A program made the position numbers and the translations under genes. A stretch of DNA of 63,156 nt, counting the filler, from Trypethelium eluteriae (Eukaryota): NCBI GenBank assembly GCA_051942245.1. It is 3 parts of 3 records of this genome, joined end to end, with 100 filler letters (N's around TTAATTAATTAA, not from the genome) between each part and the next. Parts side by side here need not be neighbours in the genome. Positions count along the whole stretch, not along the records: positions 42,258 to 63,156 come from JAVECL010000483.1; 2 more parts are not named here. The stretch is one strand, 5' to 3'. The notes beneath the pieces were generated by a model, which searched no databases, was not told the DNA's origin, and saw nothing but the letters and a program-made list of their open reading frames with translations. Below, one piece after another: positions 48,978 to 60,796 of the stretch (within the stretch, counting starts at the first letter, position 1; each line of letters starts with the position of its first letter).

Positions 48978-50212
48978 TTACTTTGAGGCGAGATCCGCCA
49001 GCTTGTCCACATACGCCATGGGCACCACCTCTTTACCTCCTCCAAGAAAGTCTTCCTTCGTGCTCACACCTGTCAAGACCAATAGCGTACCCCCGAGACC
49101 ACCCTCAATTCCAAATTGAATGTCCGTGTTGAGACGATCGCCAACCATACAAGTCCTCTTGCGGTCAAGCTTGAACTTGCCCTCGATCGCATCCATCATC
49201 GCTTGACTCGGTTTCCCTAGAGCCAATGGTTCCTTTCCTGAGGCCGCTATAAGAGGAGCGCTCGTAGCTCCAGCGCCTGGGAACAGTGTCTTGTTGCTCG
49301 GGAGTGTGGTGTCGATGTTCGTTGCCAGGAACATTGCTCCCCGTCTTAAATAGGCCATACCCAAGGAGATTTTCAGGTAATTGACATGAAAGTCAAGACC
49401 GGTGAGGACGATGCCAACGTCTGGATCCAGCATTTCGCCTGATGCGATCTTTTCGTAATCATCACCAGTCATTTCACGGCGTAGGGATTCATCGGTACCA
49501 CCGACGTGAGGTATTGATTCCGAGTCAAGTTCGGTCTCAATGCCGGCGACTCCAAGGACGTAGACCTTATTCTTTGGCGGCGAAAGACGTAGTTTTCGGG
49601 AAATATAGATGGCAGCGCTATACGACGATCCAAAAATTTCTTCCTATGAGAACATGAGATGTAATCCCACAAAAAGTAGACTTTCGTTTTGCTGATGGGC
49701 ACCTACAACATTGCAGTTGATATTCATACTATCAAATTTCTTCTTGTACTCTTCGCGTGACTTTGTGCTATTATTCGACACGAAGACAAGGCGTTTGCCT
49801 ACGCTTGTAAGCTGCTGACAGGTACAATAGAAAGAGACAGGGCATCCACCTTTATTCCGCAGCATTTCCAACGTTTCAGCGGTGCCTTCGAATGACTGAG
49901 AACCAGACCATAGTACACCTGTTCTACAGAGATCATTAGTTGCGTGATGGAGGCAGTAGCGATGTTTCTTTACATGAGCGTTTTAGTCAGCCGATAGCCT
50001 GGCTCCTCTCGTTGCCTCATAGGCTACGATGAGACGGTTATTCTCAGAATATCGTGTAACATACCGTCACAGTCAAATAGGAAGGTCTGCTTGCAGTCAG
50101 TCTGGTTTACAAGGTTCGTGAGCGGACAAAGTCATAAACCAACATCGAACTTCTCAATGAATTCCGCTATCGCCGACGGATCGCCAGTCAGATACTGAGA
50201 TCCAGAAGACAT
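48978..50212 (-). CDS. PHO13: HAD-IIA 4-nitrophenyl/phosphoglycolate phosphatase
   Basis: Spliced FD|TFLFDCD|GVLWSG, FVSNNSTKSR, LGKPS, MVGDRLNTDIQFG, LVLTGV. Confidence 0.9.
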
Positions 50213-50696
50213 CTTCAGCCCCAGGTGAGACTTAGAAGTTTCAGATTTGCGTCTTATTGATTTCTCCCTTCAATAGGACTAGTAGTTATGCTGAAATGTA
50301 CCTGGAGGAGCTCCTGCGGATGAAGGGAATATCCCGGCAACTACGGTAGACAGATTCGCCGAATAATCTGTACTCCAGTGTAACCATTTCTACACTACAC
50401 TGAGACAGTCATCAGTGTTCATTGAAAATTCCAGTAGGCAAGGTGCGGAACCTAACAAGCACTTCTGCAGATCGTTGCATACTTGACTATTTTCTTCTCA
50501 TTACCAGAAATAGTGAAAATTTCTTGGCAAGACAACAATCAGATTCAAGATTCCGCACCTGCATCTCAAATGTGTGGTTCGTCCTTATATTTACCAACTA
50601 ACGAGCATCACATCAAGAACATTCAAGCAGCCGAGTGTGGTAACAAGGTCATAGTAATCAGAGTGCAATGTCAAAGACAAAACTGCTATTGCCTAC

Positions 50697-52360
50697 TTAG
50701 TCCCCTTGAATACTCTGTCCAACCTCACCAAAATTACTAAAGAAGCTATCAAACAGCCTGATACTATGTTCCACATCGTGAGCGCCCCCAGTCTCTCTGA
50801 TGCTGTGCATGCTAAGTTGGGGATTGCCCAGGTCAAGAGTACGAACGCCGAGAGCTGCGGAGAGCATGGGCTAACAAAGATGATCGTAAGTATCACATAA
50901 GACCAGTCTGAAGGAATAGATTCAGGTTTCTGGAATTGGACTTACTCCGATGGTGCTGCCACACGACGTGTCATTCCGGCCCACGAATAATTGCAAGGGA
51001 ACACCGGTCTCGGCCTTTGAAGGGCTGGTCGAAGACTTCTTGGCCCGTCTTGCCATCTCTTGGATCAATACTATACCTGGCGAGTTCGTGGCATAGCGGA
51101 CATTGGCATTGATTTTAAGGACGGTGCCCTTGTTCATCTCGGGCCGATGATCAGATTCGTGCTTGCCTGGGTAATTGGGATGCACAGAATGAGCCATGTC
51201 TGCAGATACAAGGAAGGATTTCGAAAGCGTTTCTTCGTATGCTGAGGCATTTTCCTCTGCCGAGGTCTCTAGAGTGCATAGACGCTTGATAACCGCAGGG
51301 AGTAGCGTCGAAGCCGCTCCTTGAGCGCTGGTACTTCCTATTTCCTCGTGATCGAAAAGAGCAATAAGACGAACAGTGGAGTCATTGCCCAGCGAGGTTC
51401 CTAATGATTCAATCAGACCAATGGCACTGCAGTACGACATCTCGAGATTATCAAGTCGAGCAGAGAAAATGAGCTCGTCATTGAGCCCGCCAATACACGC
51501 TTTTTGCGTATCGTAGAGTACCATCTCGAAGTCGACCACCTCAGATGCAGAGACTTCAGCTTCTTTCGCGATAAGTTCAACAAGGTACGGATGATGACGC
51601 TCAGATGGTACCCTTAGCGGTTCGTAGTTTTGGTTCGAATCGGACTGTTCCTTCTCCAGTTTCTCATAATCTCTGTCTTCACTCCGACGATTGAGCTCAG
51701 CAGCAGCAAGGCCTGCGATAGGAAACAATTGAGACTCCTTGTTGAATGAGAAACTCTCCTGACGGTCGAGATGAACGGCTAGGGTCGGTATCCTTAGGAT
51801 GGGCTTTTTGATCTGGACCAGTCTTTGCTGAAAGGCGCCGGTTTTGGTTCTGATGATGGCTCGTCCGGCGATACTGAGGTCACGGTCAAACCACGTATGC
51901 CATAGGCCACCTCCATAAGTCTCAACACCGACTTGAAGGAAGCCATCACTTTGTTTCTTTGAAATGGGCTTGACACGAAGACAGCAAGAGTCTGTGTGCG
52001 CTCCGATCATCCCAATTGGGGAGCCGGGCCTCCATTTCTTTCCTACCGCAAAAGCGACAATGGACGATGCATTACGAGTGAGAATATATTTTCGACCTGG
52101 CTTAATGACTGAAGACCACGACTGTTGCTCCTGAATAACGCACGAAGATTAGGTCTGGAGTAGGATGCAAAACGAGATACTTGCTTCAATGTGCTCGAAG
52201 CCAGCTTTCTCAAGCAAGTTCTTTGCTGAATGGACTGCATGGAAAGCTTCGAAATGATCAGTAAGGTACTCGTACGTATCACTGGGTTTTGGAGAGTCTT
52301 ACGAGATGGCGAGGAATTGACAAAATTAACAAAATCCTCTGCGTATTTTGTTGATGCCAT
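50697..52360 (-). CDS. APE4: Aspartyl aminopeptidase (peptidase M18)
   Basis: GAHTDS, TWFDRDL, SARLDNL, FDHEEIGS, SADMAHSVHPNY, CGSTIG|PM, QLSMHSIRE. Confidence 0.94.
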
Positions 52361-53348
52361 CTTCCTAATCTGGAATTGCTGCCAAATAAGCCGAAGGTTA
52401 GCCAATGAGCGATTGACATGGCAAACTTGCGACGTACAGTCTTATTCATCCGTCAGACGGCAGTCTGCCGCTGGGAATTGGAGATGTTCGAAAAAGTGAA
52501 GCAGTTCACTACGGCCCACTCGGCCCTAAGTCATTTCTCGCGGCGCCTGGGGTCCAAGCTTGATGATGATGATGCCGCATGTCCAGTCGCGGGCGCCAAT
52601 CAGAGGCGCGCAGCCGAAGGAAACGGCTTGTTTACGTTTCATCACGCCCGTGCCAGAACTGAAGGACGCCACCAGAACTCTTCTGACGATTTGTACTCAC
52701 TGTTTTGATAGTTACCGTGTTTGGATGAACTACTCGTCCTCTAGCGCGTCGTCACAGATCTAGATTTACTTTGCTCACCGCGACTGCCTTTCTGTGATCA
52801 TCACCTTCTGTGATGTCGAGCCGCTTGCGTGACATTGTTGTCACTGTTGTAGCCACAGTGCGTGAATGATACGGTGATACTCCGTGGTGGCCGCTGAGAT
52901 CGCGGTGTGTGTTGATCAGCAGTCTCCGTTGCTGCCCTACCTCAGACTAGCGCGGCCAAAGTTTTTGTCCTTATCTGCAACCCGAACTCAGAGATCCCCT
53001 TCGTCACCCTCTAACACTGCGTCGCAATCCCTTCACGCTGCATTCTTCACCTCATTCGTTATCTCTGCTGGCTCTCTCCTCTAGGAACTGTCGCTGTCAT
53101 TGCGTTTGACCGACTGGATGCTCGTCGCCGCGACCCTCTGCCCACTGACCTGTCGGGACTTGCGCTCCTCCGTAGGCGCGGCTAGAGATCAGGCCAATTC
53201 ACTTTTGGGGGAGCCTCCTTGACGCAAATCTACTTCATACAAAGAATCTGGTCATTGATACTCGAAGAGGAACTTAATTGCGCCTGGTTCCGCGCTTCAC
53301 GGACGCTTCTCACCCCTCGGTCAAAAGCGAACTTGCACTTTTTTTGCC

Positions 53349-55315
53349 ATGGCCCACTCGGAACAGGCCTCTGGGTTCTCTGATGTTACAAATCAAGAAC
53401 GAGCAAGAGACACCCACACTCCTACTCTGATATCACCGCCAGAGTCTAAAACACCGCCCACTGCAAAAGGAAAACGGCACCTCAGCGACAATACTGCGAA
53501 CGCAAACGGAAGAGGCTCAGAACCCGTGGACCCCAACGCTCTCAGCAAAGCACTCCGACAGTTTGAGGATGCGGGTAAACGGAGAGAACACACGCCAACT
53601 GCCAGTCCAAGTAGGAAGCGGCAAAGAGTATACGCTGACCGTTTCATTCCGAATAGGACGGGACAAGATCTACAGGCAAGCTTTAGCCTTATGCATGAGG
53701 ATGGCTCACCTGCAACGCCATCGAAATCAACAAGGAGGACGCCGAATCATGAACTTCACTTCCAGCGCAGTAAGTCAATCCCGTCACTTATCAAGCCTGT
53801 CTTACCAATCCTTGTTAGCCGAGGAAGCCAATCGCACCTTCTCAAATGTGCTGAGGTCAGAGATGTTTGACTCTACTGTTCCTCAATCCGCACCCCAAAA
53901 TCTTTCTCCAAACGATCACGACAATCCGTCCAATGGACTTCCAGCACCAAATCTCACCCCATCAACCCCTCACAAGAACCTCTTCACTTTCTCCGCATCT
54001 CGCAACCAAAGTCTCTCAGGTCATTGGACGCCTTCGAGAACGCCCCATTCGCGACATGGTCCAAACCTCGATGCTCGCTCCGAGCTGTATAGCCTATCGC
54101 CAGTCAAACTCAACAGTCAGCAGATGTTACTCAGTCCACGCAAATCGCCTCGAGCCGTACCTAAAGTCCCTTACAAAGTCCTCGATGCCCCAGATTTAGC
54201 AGATGACTTCTATCTCAATCTCGTGGATTGGGGAAGCCAAAATATATTAGCAGTAGGACTGGGTGCTTGCGTTTATATGTGGAATTCAGAAAGCGGGCGT
54301 GTGACGAAATTGCTGGACCTCGAGGGTGATGATAATGTGACGAGCGTCAATTGGATACAAAGGGTAAGCTGGAGAGGCTTGAGATATAGTGCTGGCCTCA
54401 ATGCTAACGCTCGTGAATCAGGGTTCCCATCTCGCCGTTGGAACATCCAGGGGATTTGTTCAAATTTGGGATGTCGGCCATTCACGGCGACTACGTACAA
54501 TGACTGGTCATACGGCACGAGTTGGTGCGCTTGCGTGGTGGGATCACATTCTAACATCGGGGTCTCGCGATCGGATAATCTATCATCGTGACGTACGGTC
54601 ACCGGAGCAATGGACGAAAAAGCTGGTTGGACATAAGCAGGAAGTATGTGGACTCAAGTGGAACAGTGAAGACAGGCAGCTTGCAAGCGGAGGCAACGAC
54701 AATAAGTTATTTGTCTGGGACAACATGTCGACGGACCCATTGCATAAATGGAGTGAACATGGCGCAGCCGTGAAGGCAATCGCTTGGAGTCCGCATCAAC
54801 GGGGTCTTCTTGCCTCCGGCGGTGGGACTGCAGATCGGCGGATATGCTTCTGGAATACGATTGCTCCTGCGACATCTTCCGCAGCGGCCGCAGCAGCGAC
54901 ATATTCGTCATCTGCGACATTCCCTTCGACCTTCCTCTCTTCGTCTAACGACTATTCGCTCAACACATCATCAACACCTCCAAATCCTTATCTTCTGCGA
55001 ACGCTGGATACGGGCAGCCAAGTCTGCAATCTCGCGTGGAGTAAGAATTCCAACGAGCTTGTCTCGACGCATGGCTATTCCCAAAATCAGATTGTGGTCT
55101 GGAAGTATCCGAGCATGCAGCAGGTAGCTTGCCTCACAGGCCACACATACCGTGTGCTCTACCTGGCCATGAGACCTGATGGCAAGGTCATCGTTACCGG
55201 TGCCGGCGATGAGACGTTGAGGTTCTGGGATGCGTTCAAACGGAAAGAATCGAAAGATGACGCGTCCGGAAGTAGTGGAGTCGGTGGCCTCGGTCGAGAG
55301 GGATCCATCAGGTAG
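53349..55315 (+). CDS. CDH1: APC/C activator Cdh1/Fizzy-related (Srw1/Ste9)
   Basis: C-box DRFIPNR, KVLDAPDLADDFYLNLVDWG, WD40 repeats, C-terminal IR tail; two introns. Confidence 0.94.
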
Positions 55316-55910
55316 TAGCTTGGACTTGCGAAGTTCATTTATGAGATTCTAGCGAACGGTCATCATCTATGGCAATGCTTGGCTTAGATTTAAGATGGCT
55401 ATATTGATGGGACAATTTCATGGGCTCCCCCAAGGCGCTCGGTGATGGGATGACTTCGATCTGCGTTTTGGGCACCTCTGAGCGTTTCCCGTTCGTTGGC
55501 AGTGGTTTGCCAATCTCTTGTGCATAAGGGTCGGTGTTGCTGGCGACATAGGCATGAGAGGAGCCAGGGATGTCTGTAAAAATTATGTGAATAATTCAAC
55601 AAACGCCAGATGCCTGAGAATTTTCCACGAACTTACTGCTGATCCTCATGAGTCTTTTTGGAATCTAACACCTGAGTTCTTAACTGGTCTGTAAGTTTTG
55701 TGGATCCAGTGAGGTTCAACCATTCGATCGGAGCTTGCCGCCACTCTGGGGTACATGACATACTTAACTTCCGTCAGTATCACAAGCTCCCCACCATACA
55801 ACCGCTTCATCAGCCTTCGGAAACTCCTGCTCTCTCACAACGCCCAGTCAAATTTAAACCTCACATTCAAATCTGATCTCAGACTGTTCTTGCAATGAGG
55901 CTTGCCCGAC

Positions 55911-58900
55911 ATGAAATTCTCTTTGCACGACCGTTTGTTGAAACGTGAACTTGGGACTTCTGAGAAGCGATACTCCAAGGTTCGAGGCATCTATGGCGAC
56001 CGACAATGGGTCAATAATTTAGACATTGTCAATGAATTGAACGGGCACTCAGGATGTGTGAACGCGCTCAGGTATGCTTTTGATCTCATATGAAAGTCAA
56101 ATCTTGTAGACTATGGATTCTGGATACTGATTCTGTAGTAGCTGGTCAAAGACCGGAAGGCTCCTCGCCAGCGGATCCGATGATCAGTTTGTCAACATTC
56201 ATGCTTATCAGCCCGAGGACGCAGCGAATCAATTCAGTCTCACGACAGCCATTTCGACCGGTCACACAGCCAATATATTCTCCGTCAAGTTCATGCCACA
56301 TACCAACGATCGGACATTAGTCACAGCTGCAGGAGACGCTGAGGTGCGCATCTTTGACATTGAATATTCTGGACAAGCGGCAAACTCTACGACTCGATCG
56401 CATCTGGCTCATGCTGGGCGACGAAGAGGACGCAACAATCATCTGGAAGGCGTGCGATACCTCAGCGAGGGAGATACAAATGCTCGAGTATACCGATCAC
56501 ATGGTGATAGGGTGAAGAGGATTGTGACAGAGTCATCACCACATCTATTCCTTACATGCTCTGAAGACGGGGAGGTGCGCCAATGGGACCTGCGGCAGCC
56601 TTCTTCAGCTTACCCACCCCCTCATTTTGGAAGAGGACCTTCGGCAGCTTCCGACAATGTACCAGCTCCGCTCATCTCCTACAAGCAGTATGACCTTGAT
56701 TTGAATACAATATCATGTTCTCCCAGTCAGCCCCACTACATAGCCCTAGGAGGCGCACACCTGCACTGCTTCCTCCACGATCGAAGAATGCTTGGGCGAG
56801 ATCGTTTGAGGGAGATGGGTGGTGGTATGTCTCCCGCATCGAGTCGTTCCGACCAGCAAGATGATTTGCTGGGTCGAGCAACCCAGTGCGTGAGGAAATT
56901 TGCTCCGAATGGTCAAAAGAAGATGAAGAAAACCGACAACGGACACATCACGGCCTGCAAGATCAGCGATGCCAACCCCAATGAACTTATCGCTAGTTGG
57001 TCTGGCGACTTCATTTACAGCTTCGACCTGGTACGCAGTCCGGATGCTGGCGAAGAGCAAGAATCGGTAAAAATTGCTGGCGGCCGTACCACAAAATCTA
57101 AGGAATCTAAGGAAAGGAAGAGAAAAACCAAGCCTGGATCTACTACTTCTCGTGAAGGTGCGGTGAGAGCAGGCTCACGAGCGCGGGTAGTACCAACGGA
57201 CGCTGATGGAGACCCGAGTTCGATGGCTCTGAGAGTGCAGTATGGTAATGGTCAAAGCGAGGAAATACCCATCGAAGCGCCACGGGCTCGAAGTCCTGAA
57301 ACGGAGGCCAGGGAAGTCTTGATTCCAGAAGCCCGACGACAAAGCTTCCGCATTGCTAAGGGTATGGTCACTATTCGCAAAACCCTATTCTCAATGTCCG
57401 AGGCGACCGAACCCTCTGTGACCGATCCTACTGGTTATGCTAGTTCTTTCTCCTCTGTCCTTGGACATGCAGCCTCACTTCTCCCAGATATGGACGAGAT
57501 TATGAAAGCGTGGCGATACCCTATGAACCCTCATGAAATAGATGTGCACTTTCAGAGGACACTGCAACGTAATCGCGCGTCTGCGTGGCGTTTTGTCCAA
57601 GCGGCAGGGACCCTCAGCAGAGTACTCGGTGGACGACTCCAGGTAGCGGGAGGTCAGCAGACATTAGCTTTCCAACACTTTGCCCAAATACGGCCTGCCC
57701 CTGGTGAGGGTGCAATCATCACCACGCGTGAACAATTTGGATACGACTTCATCAAAGCCATCTTACTCTGGCTCGAAGGTGGAGTTGGCGGTCTGTTGCG
57801 CGGCTTCGCCGTAACAGATTCACCGGTTCACCGCTTAAACAAAAACCCCGGACCTCGGTACCCAGTCCCAGAAGATGCAACCGCTGATGCTGTTGATCTC
57901 ATCCTCATCCCCTATCTGAAGGGCCTGGCTGGGAAAAGGCCTGTAATTGCGGTAGACACTTCCCGCTTCGAGGTCGATGAGAATAGGATTCTTTTCGAGT
58001 CAGAAGAGGCCGCTGTCACTGCTTTCGCACAAGTAGTAGCGGTTCCGTTTGAGGATCTTTCTGGTGCCGTTCGCTCTGCTTCTGCAGCGGGGGAACAGCC
58101 ATCGGCAAAGCCCGCTGCCCAAGACAGGCGTACTGCATTGAAATTCTGGGGACTCAAAGTTGCACGCGACCTTCTTATGAATGCCGCAGAAGGTGTCAAT
58201 TTTGCCTTCGTGGACCGGGCGTTTGGAGGTCTGGGCAGACCCAATGCTGCGATTCGGGAAGAGGAACAGAGCCTGCAGCTGCTGAGCGAGAAGATCGATG
58301 GCGATGCCCCAGAAGAGGAGGTGCGCACTATTGAGGTGACAAGGACGTCAGCTGGCCAAGCCGATCCAGCTAGCGTACCTTTGCCTGCAGAAGCGGTGGG
58401 CGAAGCTGTGAGGGAAGAGTCCATTCGGGACTTGCAGCCTTCTGTGTCGGAAGCAGACGGAGAGAATGGTGAAGCATCTGAATCGATGAGCATCGATCCC
58501 CAAGGAGCGAACGAGTACGTAGAAGATGATGGAGATGAAGACGTGGAGGAGGAAGAGGGAGATGACGGAACGTCTGAGACTGACGAAGACAGCGATGAGG
58601 GCGACGATGAGGACACAGCCATGGGTAATATCTTCTCCAGTGGTCCGTTCCTCCGGCAATCTACATTCAACAGGCGAGCAATGCGGGAAAAGGTAGAGCA
58701 AGATGTGCCGTGTTCAGCACATACCCGCATCTATAGGGGCCATTGCAACGTCAGAACTGTGAAGGACGTCAATTTCTTTGGTCTGCAGGATGAATATGTC
58801 GTCAGCGGCAGTGACAGCGGACATGTCTTCATCTGGGACAAGAAGACTGCACGATTGGTCAATATATTGGAAGGTGATGGCGAGGTGGTCAATGTAGTCC

Positions 58901-59631
58901 AAGGTACGAATCATGAAGCACGATATTCCTTAACCTTTTCATTGATATCTGTTACAGGCCACCCATACGAGCCTACACTAGCCGTCTCGGGCATCGACCA
59001 CACAGTCAAAATTTTCTCCCCAGATGGTCACGCGCGGGAAAACGCGTGTAAAGGTATAGGTGTCTCGGCCTCAGATGCCTCCACATTCTCATCCATCAAC
59101 TTTGGTCGCAGACGCTCGCGACCGAGTCAAACTGCTCAGCAGGCGGCCACTCCGACATCCGAAACCGCCGGACCTGGCCAGTCGACGCGCAATACCGATG
59201 GGAATGCGAGCGATGACGAAGAGCCCGCCGTCACTGCGAACGGACTTAGCAGCAGGAAGAGGATGAACCAGGAATATGAAATTACATCTCAGAATGACGT
59301 CGATCGTAGAGGAGGAAATCAGGATGTCTATATCACGGTATGGGAACTTCTTTCGCTCTAGGCCCCCTATTCTGTACCGTACACTGGGCCGGTTGACTGA
59401 TCGCGGCAACATTACAGAGATCAATGCTGGCGCAACTGGCACGTCGTCTAAGGCAGCGGCAAGAGGGTGAGGGTGGTGAAGAGCCTGGTGGAGGTGGTGG
59501 AGGCGGTGGAGGTGGTGAAGCTGGCGAGGGTGGGCCTGTAGGAGGTCCGATTGTCATTAGTGATGATTGCAACGTACGTCAATGTCGAGCAGTCGTCGAA
59601 TCTTTGCTGACAGTCTTTTCAGGTCATGTGA
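55911..59631 (+). CDS. DCAF8/DCAF6/WDTC1-like WD40 protein (CUL4-DDB1 substrate receptor family)
   Basis: ELNGHSGCVNAL, LASGSDD, GHTANIFSVKFMP, YRGHCNVRTVKDVNFFG, SGSDSG, SGIDHTVKIF; final micro-exon GTC ATG TGA gives C-terminus ...ISDDCNVM. Confidence 0.88.
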
Positions 59632-60137
59632 ATTTACTTCTCTTAGCAGGACCTCTCGAATACCCAAGGCTCGAAGACTGAGATGGATGGGGAGTTCCTG
59701 GGCTTTCTAATGTAAACAAAATCGACTATCCAAATGCATGGTTTCTATTTCCACACGGATGCATTTCTTGGCGTTTGACAGTGGTCCAAGGCACGATCGC
59801 ATGAGCACTGGCTTTCTCCTATTGGATGGTAAAGCTCAGGGAGCATTTCGGGAGTGGGGAACTTATAATGAATACGGTCTCTGATAAGATGTGGTATCAA
59901 ATTGCATGAGGCACTTGGGTCGCTTTACGTAGCCACTACGGTAGCACAATCGACAATCCCTCATCACGCTTTCCATAATATGAGCCCTGCTTCCTGAGAG
60001 CTTCCGGAGAGTTGGTCGGAGCGCCTCGACGCCGAAGAGCATTTTTAGGCGTCTGCGATGCCTACCATTACCCAAGATAATACATGTAGGTGCACAAGGT
60101 AATGGACGCGCTCTTTGAATTTCGGTTTTGTATAGCT

Positions 60138-60516
60138 TCATGCCTTTTTCGCCGCCTTTGCTTTCGCCGCCTTCTTCCTATTACTCTGAATCATAACCAC
60201 GCCTAGAAAGCTACCTACGACCGCAGTGCCAAGAAGAATAAGGATGACGGGAATGCGAATGGCCCATACCCGGGGAGGAAAAAAAGAGTGAAGCAGATGA
60301 TCGTCGTCGACGAAAGGCTGGATAAATTTAGTTTGCATGTCATGTTCCGACATAACGAAGGAGAGACTTGGGGGAGCAATTACCATTAGAAGGGTCCATA
60401 TTGTGTAGTAAAGGAAGACGGTGCAGGCGATGGCGAGCATTGCCAAGCCTACAAGGCGATCGAGCTGGAGCTGATTTAGACACTGGACTTGTGAGATAGG
60501 AGATCAGCCTTACCAT
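60138..60516 (-). CDS. DPM2: Dolichol-phosphate mannosyltransferase subunit 2
   Basis: ATG-only first exon (60514-16), then LDRLVGLAMLAIACTVFLYYTIWTLLM|PFVDDDHLLHSFFPPRVWAIRIP...KKAAKAKAAKKA. Confidence 0.93.
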
Positions 60517-60796
60517 TTTGTCTCACAAAGGATGATTGAGGGAGCGACAAGAATAGTAGAGCGCGCAGTCTCACGTGGGACCGGACTCATTCGCGTCAAG
60601 CTCCAAAGTTGAGACGGTCCAAAGTTGTGATGCTCGAAAGCCAGAGGGGAGGTGAAGGCTAAACTAATTTGAGCTAGCGCACGAATTCTGCCTGCACCTG
60701 CTGCCTATGGACGAAGTGCTAGAAACTTTCTACCCACTTTCTTCTTATCAACACTGTTCTGCTTCGACCGCCTCTTGCGACTTCATCCAGTCCACC

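Noticed and set aside
50697..52360. Aspartyl aminopeptidase as the enzyme trimming the acidic RiPP spacer
   Set aside because: Universal housekeeping M18 peptidase, >30 kb away, across two linkers and without a signal peptide.
31492..55315. Apparent cell-cycle/DNA-metabolism cluster (sepH, RAD52, PRI2, CDH1)
   Set aside because: Interspersed with unrelated housekeeping genes and split by a contig linker; no evidence of functional clustering.
57912..58730. Long antisense ORFs opposite the WD40, ACO2, GPI-protein and CWC22 genes
   Set aside because: Shadow ORFs arising from the codon bias of the real genes on the opposite strand.
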